Origin: Squalus acanthias
Lineage: Eukaryota
Direction of reading: 5' to 3'
Assembly (NCBI GenBank): GCA_030390025.1
Contig: CM059432.1
Location: 52,020,001 to 52,084,000, forward strand
Length of the DNA: 64,000 nucleotides
Shown: positions 63,504-64,000 of the stretch, in pieces
Layout: each line of letters begins with the position of its first letter
Numbering within the stretch: the first letter of the stretch is position 1
Program-made: the position numbers and the translations under genes
Notes under the pieces: model-generated
Seen by the model: only the letters and a program-made list of their open reading frames with translations
Databases searched by the model: none
Told to the model about the DNA's origin: nothing

Positions 63504-64000
63504 AATGAGTCTCATACGTTCCTCTGTTAAACTGGATATTGAAATGTGTTATTTACCAAGGCAAACAGTGCGTTGAATTTTAAGACCCAGTTTACCTGAA
63601 TGCATCTTTTGAATAAAACAAAGTGGATGTGCAAAGCTGTATGTTCCTCGATTCTGAATTGAAAAGAAAATACAAAAGTAGTATTTTATCTTTATAGATA
63701 ATCTGATTGTTTTAGTTATTGCAAGTTACTAATCTCTGGAGGTTCTCAAAGGCACCTGGCACCATCTGCATAAATGCCAATGATATCAGTCTCTGCTTGG
63801 AGACTTATGCTTAGCTAACGTGAAAAATGATGATGCAAATCATTGCTTAGAAACATCATGATGTGGTTTCCAATATGTCATCCTTCTCTCTCTAGGCTAA
63901 TAACAGATTTATGCGGATGAAATCACCTCTCTGCTGTAATTGTTTGTAGTGTTGTGCTATTAGTATTCCAGATATATATGTCAGGCAAATATTACAACGT

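Noticed and set aside
1..64000. CRISPR arrays, operons and the many short ORFs in the track
   Set aside because: The sequence is eukaryotic and intronic with no repeat-spacer array; the short ORFs are alternative frames of repeats or random.

Overview
Eukaryotic vertebrate genomic DNA, most likely a shark or other cartilaginous fish (inferred from the HE1/V-SINE, DeuSINE, CR1, L2 and Penelope repeat content). The host gene is DLGAP1 (GKAP/SAPAP1) on the + strand. Four coding exons are visible (6465-7421, 47579-47793, 53629-53806, 53896-54136). They splice in frame across canonical GT-AG introns of about 40.2 kb, 5.8 kb and 89 nt, and the gene continues past the window. Most remaining sequence is nested transposable elements. 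(1) A PIF/Harbinger-type two-gene DNA transposon system: a HARBI1-like DDE transposase and a convergent 3-exon Myb/SANT (trihelix) gene. It occurs as two near-complete copies, several deleted copies and about ten GG-terminated MITEs with 3-bp ANT target duplications. (2) Penelope-like elements and ~110-135 bp derivatives carrying minimal hammerhead ribozyme motifs; the core-intact ones lie antisense to DLGAP1 and the sense ones are broken or absent. (3) Many CR1, L2 and RTE LINE fragments and SINEs. Repeat boundaries were read by eye and are approximate unless TSDs or TIRs are quoted. No database searches were run.
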